Origin: a virus | IMG/VR virus record: IMGVR_UViG_3300028844_005445 | Coordinates: 4,731 to 68,730 of that record | Reading direction: 5' to 3' (one strand) | DNA: 64,000 nucleotides | The notes under the pieces: generated by a model | Told to the model about the DNA's origin: nothing | Databases searched by the model: none | What the model saw: only the letters and a program-made list of their open reading frames with translations | Position numbers and translations under genes: made by a program | Shown here: positions 29,706-39,530 of the stretch, piece by piece | How positions within the stretch are numbered: the first letter of the stretch is position 1 | Layout: every line of letters begins with the position of its first letter

Positions 29706-30338
29706 TTACTTAGTACATATAAAACATATTCTTGGGTTTGAACACCCTTGTTGATTTACACTAGGTTTTGTTTCTACAATTTTAAAACCTGTATTGATTA
29801 ACCAATCAACCAATGTTGTTTTAGACGGGAAATGAGGCGCTGGGGAGTTCGACTGTTTTTCTACTCCGCGTTGGCGTTGTTCTACTACCCCAGGTTTATC
29901 TATTTTTGCAACACCAGCTTCTAGTACAAATATACCGTGAACATTTAAAGCTTTAAATATTTTACATAGTACTTCTTGCTGTTTTTCTCTAAAGTAATGA
30001 AAAGTTGATAAACATATTATTTTATCATACTGTTTTGAAATTGTGTCTGTTAATATGTTACTATTTGTAAAAGTAGTGTTAATTTGTTTGAAATATTTTT
30101 CGTTCAAGTGATTTGCAACATCTATACAAGATTTAGATATGTCTATACCGTCGCATTGTATGTTGTTATTGCATTTGGTAATATTGAAGCAAAAATAACC
30201 ATGGTTACATCCAATATCTAACAACTTACCAGGGGTCTCGATAACCCGGTGTTTGAATACATTAAATTTTTCTCGTGAATTAGAACTACCGCTATTGTTT
30301 AATTCTTCGAATGTTTGATAGGTTATTTTGTTTATCAT
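29706..30338 (-). CDS. class I SAM-dependent methyltransferase
   Basis: LLDIGCNHGYF, GIDIS, YDKIICLSTFHY. Confidence 0.88.
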   Translation of the reverse strand: MINKITYQTFEELNNSGSSNSREKFNVFKHRVIETPGKLLDIGCNHGYFCFNITKCNNNIQCDGIDISKSCIDVANHLNEKYFKQINTTFTNSNILTDTISKQYDKIICLSTFHYFREKQQEVLCKIFKALNVHGIFVLEAGVAKIDKPGVVEQRQRGVEKQSNSPAPHFPSKTTLVDWLINTGFKIVETKPSVNQQGCSNPRICFICTK

Positions 30339-30850
30339 AATAGATTATTTATCTCTTGAGATTGAGTTTTTAACTTAGTAATGTATTCAACTGAATCTAT
30401 ATGCTCTTCTATATATTTGGTTAGTTTAACTACATTACGCTCTCCAGGATGATCAATAGTTATATCACACATAGTTAAGATGTTATCAATAGATAGTTTA
30501 CAGTCTCTTATAGTCACTTGAATACACTTATGTGGATTAAGTAACTGTACACAATATTTTAGTAACCCAGTATATACACCTTCTACTATGAGAATATCTC
30601 CCGGTTGCTTCAATATTAATTCAAGTTTAGGGGCCGCTAACCATAGTACTTCTTTCTCATTATTTTGATAAAAACTACCTAAATGTGTAGATGGGTTTAC
30701 CTTAGGTGCAATTTCACTAGCTACCTCGCATACTACTTTGTCTAAATGTAGTAATTTAGTATTTATATTACACGATTCATAAAATTTTTTCAAAATTAAA
30801 CTAAACGTGGTTTTACCACCATATCCATTCACTAGAATAAGTTTTTTCAT
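30335..30850 (-). CDS. P-loop kinase-like protein
   Basis: LILVNGYGGKTT and IVEG. Confidence 0.55.
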   Translation of the reverse strand: MKKLILVNGYGGKTTFSLILKKFYESCNINTKLLHLDKVVCEVASEIAPKVNPSTHLGSFYQNNEKEVLWLAAPKLELILKQPGDILIVEGVYTGLLKYCVQLLNPHKCIQVTIRDCKLSIDNILTMCDITIDHPGERNVVKLTKYIEEHIDSVEYITKLKTQSQEINNLL

Positions 30851-31659
30851 TTACCTTCTACCCAGCAAAACATCACATCATAATCATTCGTTTCTTCATA
30901 TTTCCAATTGTTTATATTTACGTATGCATTCACCTTTTCAACACCGGCGAAATAATCTGATGAACCTTTGTTTTGACCTGGTTCAGCTAATTGAGATTTC
31001 AACACATCAAGGTTCAGACCCAGGCCAGAGATGTCTTGCTCGCATTTGAGTTTGTATGCACGTCTACCAATGTCGTGATAATGTAGTAATACTATGTTTG
31101 TCAAGCTTGTAGCTTCTAGTTCTGACTTACCGTTGTGATTACCATGATCTGTTTGCTTGAAGCCTTTGTTGTTAAAGAAAACCTTTCTCATTTTATCTGT
31201 ATCCCATTTCCACTTCCATTTCGTTATTTCTTCAAAAGGATTTACATTAACTTCCTTCTCCGGTACGGAAAACAGAGTGCCGCGTGTTTTATACACACCG
31301 GAGTTTTTAGGAAGCTGCTTAAGGTGGTCTATTATTCTATCGACATTGTTTGTTAATTTATTATCAAAGTAAAGAGTCAAAAATTCATCTCCGTCGAGTG
31401 GTATTAGTAAACCTGGTTGGTTTTTATACTTTATCATTAATGAACTTAAAAACTCACCTTTGAGAGTATAATCGTCATGGTGATATACATTTATACCTCT
31501 TTTATGTTTATAATGATTTAACACATCTAGTGTACCGTCAGTAGAGCCATTATCAACAACATGTATAAGATACGGCTTGGTTATCTGCGAGTGATAGTTT
31601 AACCACTCTTCAATCATGGTTATCTCATTCTTTACATAAGTGAATAACCTTACATACAT
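30847..31659 (-). CDS. GT-A glycosyltransferase (GT2/GT92-like)
   Basis: VKNE..IEEWLNYH, VVDNGSTDGT, LDGDEF. Confidence 0.85.
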   Translation of the reverse strand: MYVRLFTYVKNEITMIEEWLNYHSQITKPYLIHVVDNGSTDGTLDVLNHYKHKRGINVYHHDDYTLKGEFLSSLMIKYKNQPGLLIPLDGDEFLTLYFDNKLTNNVDRIIDHLKQLPKNSGVYKTRGTLFSVPEKEVNVNPFEEITKWKWKWDTDKMRKVFFNNKGFKQTDHGNHNGKSELEATSLTNIVLLHYHDIGRRAYKLKCEQDISGLGLNLDVLKSQLAEPGQNKGSSDYFAGVEKVNAYVNINNWKYEETNDYDVMFCWVEGK

Positions 31660-32336
31660 AACTGGATGTTATGCTTTTTAATTATTAGCTGATCCCAAGC
31701 AGACATGTCTGCTAATTCGATCCCGGATAAAAACGGTTTAGTTTTATACTGTTTGATTACCATTAAGCACGTAGCGACAACAGCTGAAGGTATTCGACCG
31801 GAATCTGGGTCGAAGTATTTTTCATAATATGATGTATCAATATTTTTGTAACTCCTGATATCGCCATGTGACCATATTTTAGATCTCAATTTGTATTTAT
31901 CGGTATAACTACCGAGATATATTACAACATCTCCACCTTTTGTATATTTCATATATCTTGAATTTACAATATCGACCACATTGGTACCTTTACCACGTGG
32001 TTTGACTGTATTGTAATCTCCTAGTATAACATACACATTATCGAACCCCTGGATTTTAGATTCTAGTTTTGATGGTACTTGACCGCATACAAGAATATCA
32101 GACGGTTTCAGTTCATCTATAGATTTGTACAAAGAATCAAGATGTTCAAGTGAAGTATCTTGACTGCTCCGGGACTGCCATCTCTCTATAACCTTTTCAA
32201 TATTTTCAAATTCTCTAGTAGATTTTTTTGAACTATCTTCATCTAATATAACTTTCGATATATACCCCAAATCCATATAAAGTTCGTTTAAAACTTGTCT
32301 GTCAAGTTTTTTAAGTCTTTGATCAAACTCATTCAT
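31650..32336 (-). CDS. hypothetical protein in glycan island
   Basis: 228 aa ORF. Confidence 0.6.
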   Translation of the reverse strand: MNEFDQRLKKLDRQVLNELYMDLGYISKVILDEDSSKKSTREFENIEKVIERWQSRSSQDTSLEHLDSLYKSIDELKPSDILVCGQVPSKLESKIQGFDNVYVILGDYNTVKPRGKGTNVVDIVNSRYMKYTKGGDVVIYLGSYTDKYKLRSKIWSHGDIRSYKNIDTSYYEKYFDPDSGRIPSAVVATCLMVIKQYKTKPFLSGIELADMSAWDQLIIKKHNIQLCM

Positions 32337-32339
32337 ATT

Positions 32340-32460
32340 GATTGTTGACTTCTAAGACTGGGCAATCTGAATCCACCATTTCTTTTACATATATTTTCAT
32401 ATTAATATATATCTTGTAATGTACAACTATCAACATACTCTGTGTTAGCTATGTTGTATC
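32340..32460 (-). pseudogene. collapsed remnant of a homologous geneX-fcl-gmd block
   Basis: reads YNIANTEYVDSCTLQDIY* MKI|[12 protein letters not shown], matching ~36340-36406 and ~34379-34428. Confidence 0.85.
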
Positions 32461-32470
32461 GTTTTAGGTA

Positions 32471-33124
32471 TCATTTTAGTATCCAAAGATTTTTGTCTTT
32501 TAAAAATTTTTCACGATCAGTATTTTTATTGGACAGTGGGTGAGATACATACGTGTTATTGTCGTGAGGTTGAGCTCTTGATATGATTGATTGGTCTAAG
32601 GTTTTTAATTTTAAGTTTTGCCAATTTCCATTAAAGATTTCACGATTGAATTCTATCTGATCATCAAAATTATCGTGTGTGTTTTTATCTAAAATGTCCT
32701 GAAATAGCTCCTTAATGATAGTAGATGATTTATAGTATATCCACCCCATGCATAATGTATATCCAATCTTTTTGTAAATATTTTGTGGGAATTTTCCTGT
32801 CGATGCAATAAGATCATATTTTTCTTCCACCAAGTCCAATGGATTTTTAAGCCAAATTGCATCAAGATCGGAATGTAATATATCATGCCCTTGATCGAGT
32901 AAGCGAATAATGCATTTAACTCTCACATCCCAAGACCATGTTTTTTTGTTAAATATATTTAAATCCAATAACTCAGTGTTAATTTCATTTTCAACTAAAT
33001 AATCATATATATCTTGATCTAAGGAATATATTGTATAGTTTTCAATTCCATGACGATGCAAATAAAGAGCCCAATTATGAGCTATTCTTTTGTATCTACT
33101 ATTCCCGAATGCTATGATTTTCAT
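32471..33124 (-). CDS. nucleotide-diphospho-sugar transferase (GT77-like)
   Basis: ILHSDLDAIWLKNP, CMGW, DDQIEFN. Confidence 0.8.
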   Translation of the reverse strand: MKIIAFGNSRYKRIAHNWALYLHRHGIENYTIYSLDQDIYDYLVENEINTELLDLNIFNKKTWSWDVRVKCIIRLLDQGHDILHSDLDAIWLKNPLDLVEEKYDLIASTGKFPQNIYKKIGYTLCMGWIYYKSSTIIKELFQDILDKNTHDNFDDQIEFNREIFNGNWQNLKLKTLDQSIISRAQPHDNNTYVSHPLSNKNTDREKFLKDKNLWILK

Positions 33125-33681
33125 AAGTTTGAAATAGCCCACGAACTGTCAGAAAATCGATAAAGCCTCATATCTCCTTTTTTTATTTCTGGATATGCTT
33201 CATAAACAGCTTTCAACACACCGTTTTTTGGTCTTTTATTTCCTTCTACCATGTCATGACCAGAGAGTATTCCACCGGACTTTAAAAGCTGCTGAGCTAG
33301 TGGTAGCTCATTTTTTAGCGCATCGTAAGAATGATCACCATCTAAGTAAATTAAGTCGTATTTTTTATTTTGTGCTATTGCCTTTTTGAGATAGGCAATA
33401 CTAGCTTGTTTGTATAGAGTCAAATTATCGACTCGATTTTGTAAATTAGATAATTGTTTTGATATCTCTATGTCAACTCCATCAACTTCTTTTGCGTAGT
33501 AGCAAAACAATGAAGTGCTAATTCCATGGTGACATCCAATTTCTAATATGGTCGAATGTTTATCAATAAACTTCTCACAAAGCTCGTCCAACCCAAATAA
33601 CCAATTAGTTTGAAATCCTTCGCAATGACGGTCTGTATATGGATTTGTCATACGCCTAGTTTTTAAATTTATTTTTTTCAT
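33121..33681 (-). CDS. methyltransferase (Methyltransf_24-like)
   Basis: LEIGCHHGIS, YDLIYLDGDHSY, GGILSGHD. Confidence 0.88.
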   Translation of the reverse strand: MKKINLKTRRMTNPYTDRHCEGFQTNWLFGLDELCEKFIDKHSTILEIGCHHGISTSLFCYYAKEVDGVDIEISKQLSNLQNRVDNLTLYKQASIAYLKKAIAQNKKYDLIYLDGDHSYDALKNELPLAQQLLKSGGILSGHDMVEGNKRPKNGVLKAVYEAYPEIKKGDMRLYRFSDSSWAISNL

Positions 33682-33685
33682 ATTT

Positions 33686-34312
33686 TTATTCTCCAAATTC
33701 ATAACCAAAATACTTAATGTCCTTTACATACCTTTCCGCCACAATCTCGCGAGTTTCGTCATCGTAGTATTCGGTGTAATGTTTGTGGTTTGATTGTTTT
33801 TTGTGTGGAAGTTGTTGTCGTGGAATTTTAATTTTGTCGCAGACGATATCGAAGTCTTGCTGTAGATTTTCAAATCGACCTATGAAATCAACACCATGTT
33901 TTATGAAATAAGATCCTGGAAGCAAATGATATTCAAAATTAGTATTTAAACAAAAATCTTGATCTACTATATTTTTAACATTTTCAAAAAGTTTGGAGTC
34001 GTTTATGAAATTACTAAATGTAATGTATCTCTCACTTAAATTAAAAAATTCATATGTAGATACAAGTCTATCATATGGGTTCCTACAAAAAGTAAATTTA
34101 AAATAATCAATATGTTTATTTATGGAATCAAATAAATGTTCATTTCTTAAGTTTTTTGTATTTATATACCATTGTTTATGGCGTTCATTTACTTTATATC
34201 CTGATATTATATCTGAAATATCAGATGCATAATTATACAGAGCTTGCTCTACTGAAGTTCCAGCACATTTAGGTAAGTGTATGAAAATAAATTTATGTTT
34301 ATGACTTATCAT
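33686..34312 (-). CDS. sulfotransferase family 2
   Basis: FIHLPKCAGTS (5'-PSB), RNPYDRLVS (3'-PB), FIGRFENL. Confidence 0.9.
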   Translation of the reverse strand: MISHKHKFIFIHLPKCAGTSVEQALYNYASDISDIISGYKVNERHKQWYINTKNLRNEHLFDSINKHIDYFKFTFCRNPYDRLVSTYEFFNLSERYITFSNFINDSKLFENVKNIVDQDFCLNTNFEYHLLPGSYFIKHGVDFIGRFENLQQDFDIVCDKIKIPRQQLPHKKQSNHKHYTEYYDDETREIVAERYVKDIKYFGYEFGE

Positions 34313-34315
34313 TAC

Positions 34316-34378
34316 TCAACTTCCAAATTCGTAACCAAAATATTCAATGTCTTTTGCGTACCGGTCCGTAACGATTTG
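34316..34378 (-). pseudogene. orphan 3' end of a sulfotransferase
   Basis: startless QIVTDRYAKDIEYFGYEFGS*, homologous to neighbouring sulfotransferase C-termini. Confidence 0.85.
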
Positions 34379-34391
34379 GATTGTTGACTTC

Positions 34392-35399
34392 TTAAACCGG
34401 GCAGTCCGAATCTACCATTTCTTTTACAAGTTGTTCAAAACTGGTTTCCGGATGCCAATTTAGTTCTTGATTTGCTTTACTCGCGTCTCCGAGGAGCTCA
34501 TCTACTTCTGCCGGGCGGAAGTATTTAGAGTCTATAAATATCAATTCTCGACCGGTTTTCGAGTCGTAACCAATTTCATCAATCCCGATACCTTTCCATT
34601 GTATATCAAAACCGCGTAATTGGAAAGATTGTTCAATGAACTCTCGGACCGAGTAAAATTTGTTAGTCGCTAGAACATAATCGTCTGGTGTGTCCTGTTG
34701 TAACATCAACCACATACCGTGTACATAATCTCTCGCATGACCCCAATCTCTTTTAGAGTCAATATTACCCATCACCAGTCGATCACTCTCACCGGTGAGT
34801 ATTTTGTTCAGCCCGAGGGTAATCTTTCTAGTAACGAATGTTTCACCTCTTCGTGGACTCTCGTGATTGAATAGTATACCTGTACATGCAAACATGTTGT
34901 ACGATTCTCTGTAATTTTTTGTTATCCAGTAGCCGTATATTTTCGCGCAACCGTACGGTGATCTAGGGTAAAAAGGTGTAGTTTCACGTTGCGGTACTTC
35001 TTGAACTAGTCCGTACAACTCACTTGTACTAGCTTGGTATATTTTTGTTTTGTTTTGGAAACCGAGCAACCTAACAGCTTCTAGTACTCTGAGTGTACCA
35101 ACACCATCTACATCTGCAGTGTATTCCGGAACATCAAAGCTCACTTTCACATGACTTTGAGCACCTAGATTGTATATTTCCACTGGTTTAACTTTTTGTA
35201 TGATACTTATTACATTTGTTGAATCTGTCAAATCACCATAGTGTAATGTTATTTTATCGTATATATGATTTATACGGTGTGTGTTTATCAATGATGATCT
35301 ACGTACAATACCATGTACCTCATAACCTTTATCTAATAATAATTCTGCTAGGTATGACCCATCTTGCCCGGTTATACCTGTTATTAATGCTACTTTCAT
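34392..35399 (-). CDS. gmd: GDP-mannose 4,6-dehydratase
   Basis: [48 protein letters not shown]. Confidence 0.97.
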   Translation of the reverse strand: MKVALITGITGQDGSYLAELLLDKGYEVHGIVRRSSLINTHRINHIYDKITLHYGDLTDSTNVISIIQKVKPVEIYNLGAQSHVKVSFDVPEYTADVDGVGTLRVLEAVRLLGFQNKTKIYQASTSELYGLVQEVPQRETTPFYPRSPYGCAKIYGYWITKNYRESYNMFACTGILFNHESPRRGETFVTRKITLGLNKILTGESDRLVMGNIDSKRDWGHARDYVHGMWLMLQQDTPDDYVLATNKFYSVREFIEQSFQLRGFDIQWKGIGIDEIGYDSKTGRELIFIDSKYFRPAEVDELLGDASKANQELNWHPETSFEQLVKEMVDSDCPV

Positions 35400-35409
35400 G
35401 TTTAACTAT

Positions 35410-36348
35410 TTAACTACGTACATCCGGATATCTACCAACAAAATAATCAACTGTAGATTTTATACCATGCTCTAGATCTATGAAGCTATTATTTTCAGAC
35501 CAACCTGGTAACAGGTTGAGAAGTTTAGAATTGTCTGCCGTTTTTTTATATTGACCATCACTGAATTTATCGTTGAATGTCAATGCATGTTCATAGTCAA
35601 AAGCTCTAGCAACATATGTTGCTGCTTGCTTAATTGAATGTTCAGTTGATGGGCTTGCTATTACATTCTCTCGATTGATAACTGGTATGAGTTGTAGGAT
35701 TATATGCGCGAGATCATTAGCATGTATGAATTGTCTCAGTGGCTTTCCGGTGCCTCTGACTTCAAACGGTTTATTAGACTTTTTAGCTAGATAACATTTG
35801 TGTATGAGAGCAGGAAGCACATGTGCATCCTCTAGATGGTAATTGTCATTATCACCATATATATTGGTTGGTACAATACAATTATAATTTGTGTTGTATT
35901 GACTGTTATACGCACGACATTGAACATCTAGCATGCGCTTTGCATATGCATATGCATCGTTTGAGTCATGAGGTGCACCGTCATGTAACATATTCTCATT
36001 TATAGGGTATGTTGTTTTGTCTGGAAATATACACGTAGATAGCATGCCTATAAATTTTGGTACCCGGTGGTTATAACATGCCTTCACAATATTATGATTC
36101 ATAAGCATATTATCCTCGTACATATCAACTTTAAAGTTCATATTTTTATATAAACCACCTACATTCGCTGCTAAATGCACCACACAATCTGGTTGTGATA
36201 TTTTCACAATGTCAGTTAATCTATCAAAATTTTTGAGATCACAATCTTTAGATGATAGATATTCTATATCATAATTTGGGTAAATAGTTGAAACATTTTT
36301 AATTGCTTGACCAACCAATCCAGTACCACCGGTTACAAGTATTTTCAT
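35410..36348 (-). CDS. fcl: GDP-L-fucose synthase
   Basis: VTGGTGLVG, HLAANVGG, LSTCIFPDKTTYPI, YAYAKR, GTGKPLRQF; start reassigned to MKILV. Confidence 0.93.
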   Translation of the reverse strand: MKILVTGGTGLVGQAIKNVSTIYPNYDIEYLSSKDCDLKNFDRLTDIVKISQPDCVVHLAANVGGLYKNMNFKVDMYEDNMLMNHNIVKACYNHRVPKFIGMLSTCIFPDKTTYPINENMLHDGAPHDSNDAYAYAKRMLDVQCRAYNSQYNTNYNCIVPTNIYGDNDNYHLEDAHVLPALIHKCYLAKKSNKPFEVRGTGKPLRQFIHANDLAHIILQLIPVINRENVIASPSTEHSIKQAATYVARAFDYEHALTFNDKFSDGQYKKTADNSKLLNLLPGWSENNSFIDLEHGIKSTVDYFVGRYPDVRS

Positions 36349-36349
36349 A

Positions 36350-37219
36350 TTAGTATATATCTTGTAGTGAACAACTATCAACATACCCTGCGTTAGAAAT
36401 ATTGTATGTCTGTGTTCTAGAGTTTTGTAAATGTATATGTAAAGTTTTAATATATATACAAGGATTGTATATCCCGCGATGATAATGCTTGTACACGTCA
36501 CTCAATTTACTATCACATGCCACTTCACCCATACGTATTAACTCTAGTTCTGATGGTACTAAAATCGGTGATTTGAAGCACCAGGTGTCTTGTGAATATT
36601 TATTAGGACGTTCATGTTCATGAAATATTGATATGTCTGTTTCTGATACGAACTCCCACCGTGTAAGAGCCAGGAGATTGTTGTTCATGTTGATCGATTG
36701 TAGTTTGTGTACGTCGTCTGTTACTACGATGTCTCCATTGCATACGCACCATGGTGCGTGTGTCTCCTGTGAGTTACAGTATTCGAATAATGTTTTGAAA
36801 CTGGGTCTACCATCATGTGATGTAACTGTCAATTTTTCGTGCGGGGTTATGAAATGTTCTATTTCTCCTCCGCGATTGTCCCATAGAACATGTACATGAT
36901 TGACATGAGGGTTTTTTAAATTTAATAGCAAAGCGAGTTTGTACTCTTCTATGCGAAGTGGGTTTTTATCTACATATAAGCTAGTCAGTATGTTGACAGA
37001 CAGATCATTATAGTGATTATGATATGTCTCTGTTACATGTTGTTCAATTTTTTTATAATCTATATTTTGTAACCGGATATGCCGGCCTTCAAATCTACCG
37101 TTGTTGATCCAGTGTTGTCTGGCTTTAGATGTGTCATTACCAAACGCTTGTTGCAGGTCAGGGTATGAGTTTAAATAGTCTTCAAAGTCAACTCTCGATA
37201 TGTCCGGGTATTTTATCAT
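36350..37219 (-). CDS. YPDL..HW..G..EGR repeat plus GT-A-like domain
   Basis: N-terminal repeat; NGDI, ALTRW, SQDTWCF, HIH motifs. Confidence 0.7.
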   Translation of the reverse strand: MIKYPDISRVDFEDYLNSYPDLQQAFGNDTSKARQHWINNGRFEGRHIRLQNIDYKKIEQHVTETYHNHYNDLSVNILTSLYVDKNPLRIEEYKLALLLNLKNPHVNHVHVLWDNRGGEIEHFITPHEKLTVTSHDGRPSFKTLFEYCNSQETHAPWCVCNGDIVVTDDVHKLQSINMNNNLLALTRWEFVSETDISIFHEHERPNKYSQDTWCFKSPILVPSELELIRMGEVACDSKLSDVYKHYHRGIYNPCIYIKTLHIHLQNSRTQTYNISNAGYVDSCSLQDIY

Positions 37220-37323
37220 GATAGTTCTACGAATCTTTTTAGTGTTTCGAGTTCATCTGGCCCTGTTATTTGTTTCTTTTCTATAAACGTACTCCCATAC
37301 TCGTTAATTGTAGTTATGACAGC
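37216..37323 (-). pseudogene. startless gene remnant
   Basis: AVITTINEYG...LKRFVELS* whose stop overlaps the next ATG. Confidence 0.5.
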
Positions 37324-37333
37324 TTATTTATTC

Positions 37334-37936
37334 TTATTCTCCAAATTCATAACCAAAGTACTCGATGTCTTTTGCGTATTTTTCCGCAACAATTTGTTTT
37401 GTTTCATCATCGTAGTATTCGGTGTAGTGTTTGTGTTTAGTTTTGTTCACATGAGGTAGTTGTTGAGGTGGGATTCCAATTTTATCACATATTTTGTTAA
37501 AGTCTTCTGTTAGATTCTCTATCTTACCGGTGAAATTAATATCTATATTTTTACCATCACTCGATAACCAGTGTGTACAAGGGTTGATTAACCCACTATT
37601 TAGAACAAAGCTTTTAAAATTTTTATCACAATTTTTCCCACTCTTTAACTTTGATCGAGCCTGGCGGCCATATGGGGTGTCGTATTGAGCAGATTTTACA
37701 ATATGTTTCCAAAATGATACAGCTCTAGACCAAGGGTTTCGACCAAAACCAAAACATTTATAGTCTTTTGTATAATCAAAATCTTTTAAAGCGGAGGCAT
37801 ATGTTTTATGATAATGGTATAGAGTTTCACCGTTAGACTTTATATCCGAAACCGGGTTCAATGCCGCTCTAACGCTTTCACTTCCGGTTTTTGGTACTGC
37901 TATGAAAATGTATTTGTATTTATGACTGATTCTCAT
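37334..37936 (-). CDS. sulfotransferase family 2
   Basis: FIAVPKTGSES, RNPWSRAVS. Confidence 0.88.
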   Translation of the reverse strand: MRISHKYKYIFIAVPKTGSESVRAALNPVSDIKSNGETLYHYHKTYASALKDFDYTKDYKCFGFGRNPWSRAVSFWKHIVKSAQYDTPYGRQARSKLKSGKNCDKNFKSFVLNSGLINPCTHWLSSDGKNIDINFTGKIENLTEDFNKICDKIGIPPQQLPHVNKTKHKHYTEYYDDETKQIVAEKYAKDIEYFGYEFGE

Positions 37937-38104
37937 AGATGTTGTATGTTACTTTTCGAACGTATACCCGTACTGCTCAATGTCTTTTTTGTATTTTTTC
38001 GCGACTATTTCACGAGTTTCATCATCGTAGTATTCGGTGTAGTGTTTGTGCTTAGTTTTGTTCACATGGGGTAGTTGTTGAGGTGGGATTCCAATTCTAT
38101 CACA
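37401..38104. repeat. 89-bp near-identical block in two sulfotransferases (37401-37489, 38016-38104)
   Basis: 3 mismatches by eye; more diverged copy near 33750-33840. Confidence 0.85.
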
Positions 38105-38539
38105 GACCACATCGAAGTCCTCTTGTAAGTTTTCTAGCTTTAAAATAAAATCAACAATTTGGTTACCCTGTTTATCAAAATGATGGTCATAACAAGACCA
38201 ATGATTCATATATTTGTTCCAGGTTTTAACAGCTTCTTTAAATGGAATATCTTCTAGTCTGTTTTGCTGTATACCATATTTGTATATGGATACAACTCTA
38301 GACCATGGATTTCTAGCAACAGAAAATTTGAAATACTCATTCCAGTCCCAACCCTGAGCTTTAAAACATATCTGAAGTTCATGAGCTGTGGCATGTGTAT
38401 ATGGTGGAAATTTTTTTTTGTCTTCTTCTGGACCACCTCCCTTGATGTTAGTATATCTATCTAACACACCTCTCAATGTTTCGCTTCCCGTTTTAGGTGG
38501 TGCGATATATAACCATTTATTTTTATGTGACATTCTCAT
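37949..38539 (-). CDS. sulfotransferase family 2
   Basis: YIAPPKTGSET, RNPWSRVVS. Confidence 0.88.
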   Translation of the reverse strand: MRMSHKNKWLYIAPPKTGSETLRGVLDRYTNIKGGGPEEDKKKFPPYTHATAHELQICFKAQGWDWNEYFKFSVARNPWSRVVSIYKYGIQQNRLEDIPFKEAVKTWNKYMNHWSCYDHHFDKQGNQIVDFILKLENLQEDFDVVCDRIGIPPQQLPHVNKTKHKHYTEYYDDETREIVAKKYKKDIEQYGYTFEK

Positions 38540-38561
38540 TATATGTATTTACAAATAAAAG

Positions 38562-39500
38562 TTAATCTTTCATTATATCCTCTCCAAAATACCTGGTGAG
38601 ATCGCTTCGGATATCTTTCGGTATTTTGAAAACACCGGGGGAAGGTGATTCTTCTTCCGGAGTTATACCAAACAACCCATGTAAACCGCTGCCTATACAT
38701 AACTTTTTAATATTGTTAGAAATTTTATTCGCTAGCGGAACCGCTGATGCTCCGCATGCAAATATAACGACATCATAATTATCTACAACATTATTAATTT
38801 GTTTAGATATATGTTCGATAGTCTCCATATGATTATTGTCTGGTCCCATGTTACCGAAGCATGAAGGGTAATCAACATATCCGAGATCGGTTACATTGTT
38901 TATATTTTTCTCGAGATAATGTTTTTTGCATGATTCACCCATATTACTTACAATTAAAACCCGATTATTTTTCAATTCACGTCTGGCTAGCTCCATCACC
39001 TCAACATACCAGTAATTATGATTTGTATAGAATGCTTTAAACATTTCTAATATATTGCTATCAATATGTGGGTTTTTGTAAAGTAAGTGTTCCGGTTCTT
39101 TAGATGCTGGGTGCGCGGTAGATATTATAAAAGCGGATTTATATTCATCCATAAATGAATTGATATGCTCATGTACATCAACAGCCCGGTGGAGCAGAAA
39201 CATTGAACATGTTGATGCTTTAATTGCAGCTTTATATTCCTTCAACCAGTCATTAAATACGGGAGTTTTAATAAGTGTAGATAGGTTTTTCTCATGGTCT
39301 GTGTGTATATCCACAGTATTATCATATAACCCACAACAATTGTATAACCACCTACATGCCCAGGATATATTTTTCCATTGAGATTTTCTATCTTTTATGC
39401 AATGTAGTTGACCTATTGTATCTAAATAGTGTACAAACAGTAAAGTACTCTCTGTATAACCTGCTCTGTAAAAACTATATGGTTTCTCTAATGACATCAC
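38562..39500 (-). CDS. hypothetical protein (possible GT-D-like fold)
   Basis: SFYRAG..E near N-terminus; YDVVIFACGA...IGSGLHGLFGI. Confidence 0.55.
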   Translation of the reverse strand: MMSLEKPYSFYRAGYTESTLLFVHYLDTIGQLHCIKDRKSQWKNISWACRWLYNCCGLYDNTVDIHTDHEKNLSTLIKTPVFNDWLKEYKAAIKASTCSMFLLHRAVDVHEHINSFMDEYKSAFIISTAHPASKEPEHLLYKNPHIDSNILEMFKAFYTNHNYWYVEVMELARRELKNNRVLIVSNMGESCKKHYLEKNINNVTDLGYVDYPSCFGNMGPDNNHMETIEHISKQINNVVDNYDVVIFACGASAVPLANKISNNIKKLCIGSGLHGLFGITPEEESPSPGVFKIPKDIRSDLTRYFGEDIMKD

Positions 39501-39530
39501 TTATTATAATTTATTCATAACTTAAATTAT

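Noticed and set aside
37401-38104. DGR template/variable repeat pair
   Set aside because: Mismatches are few, not adenine-specific, both copies are coding, and no reverse transcriptase is in the window.
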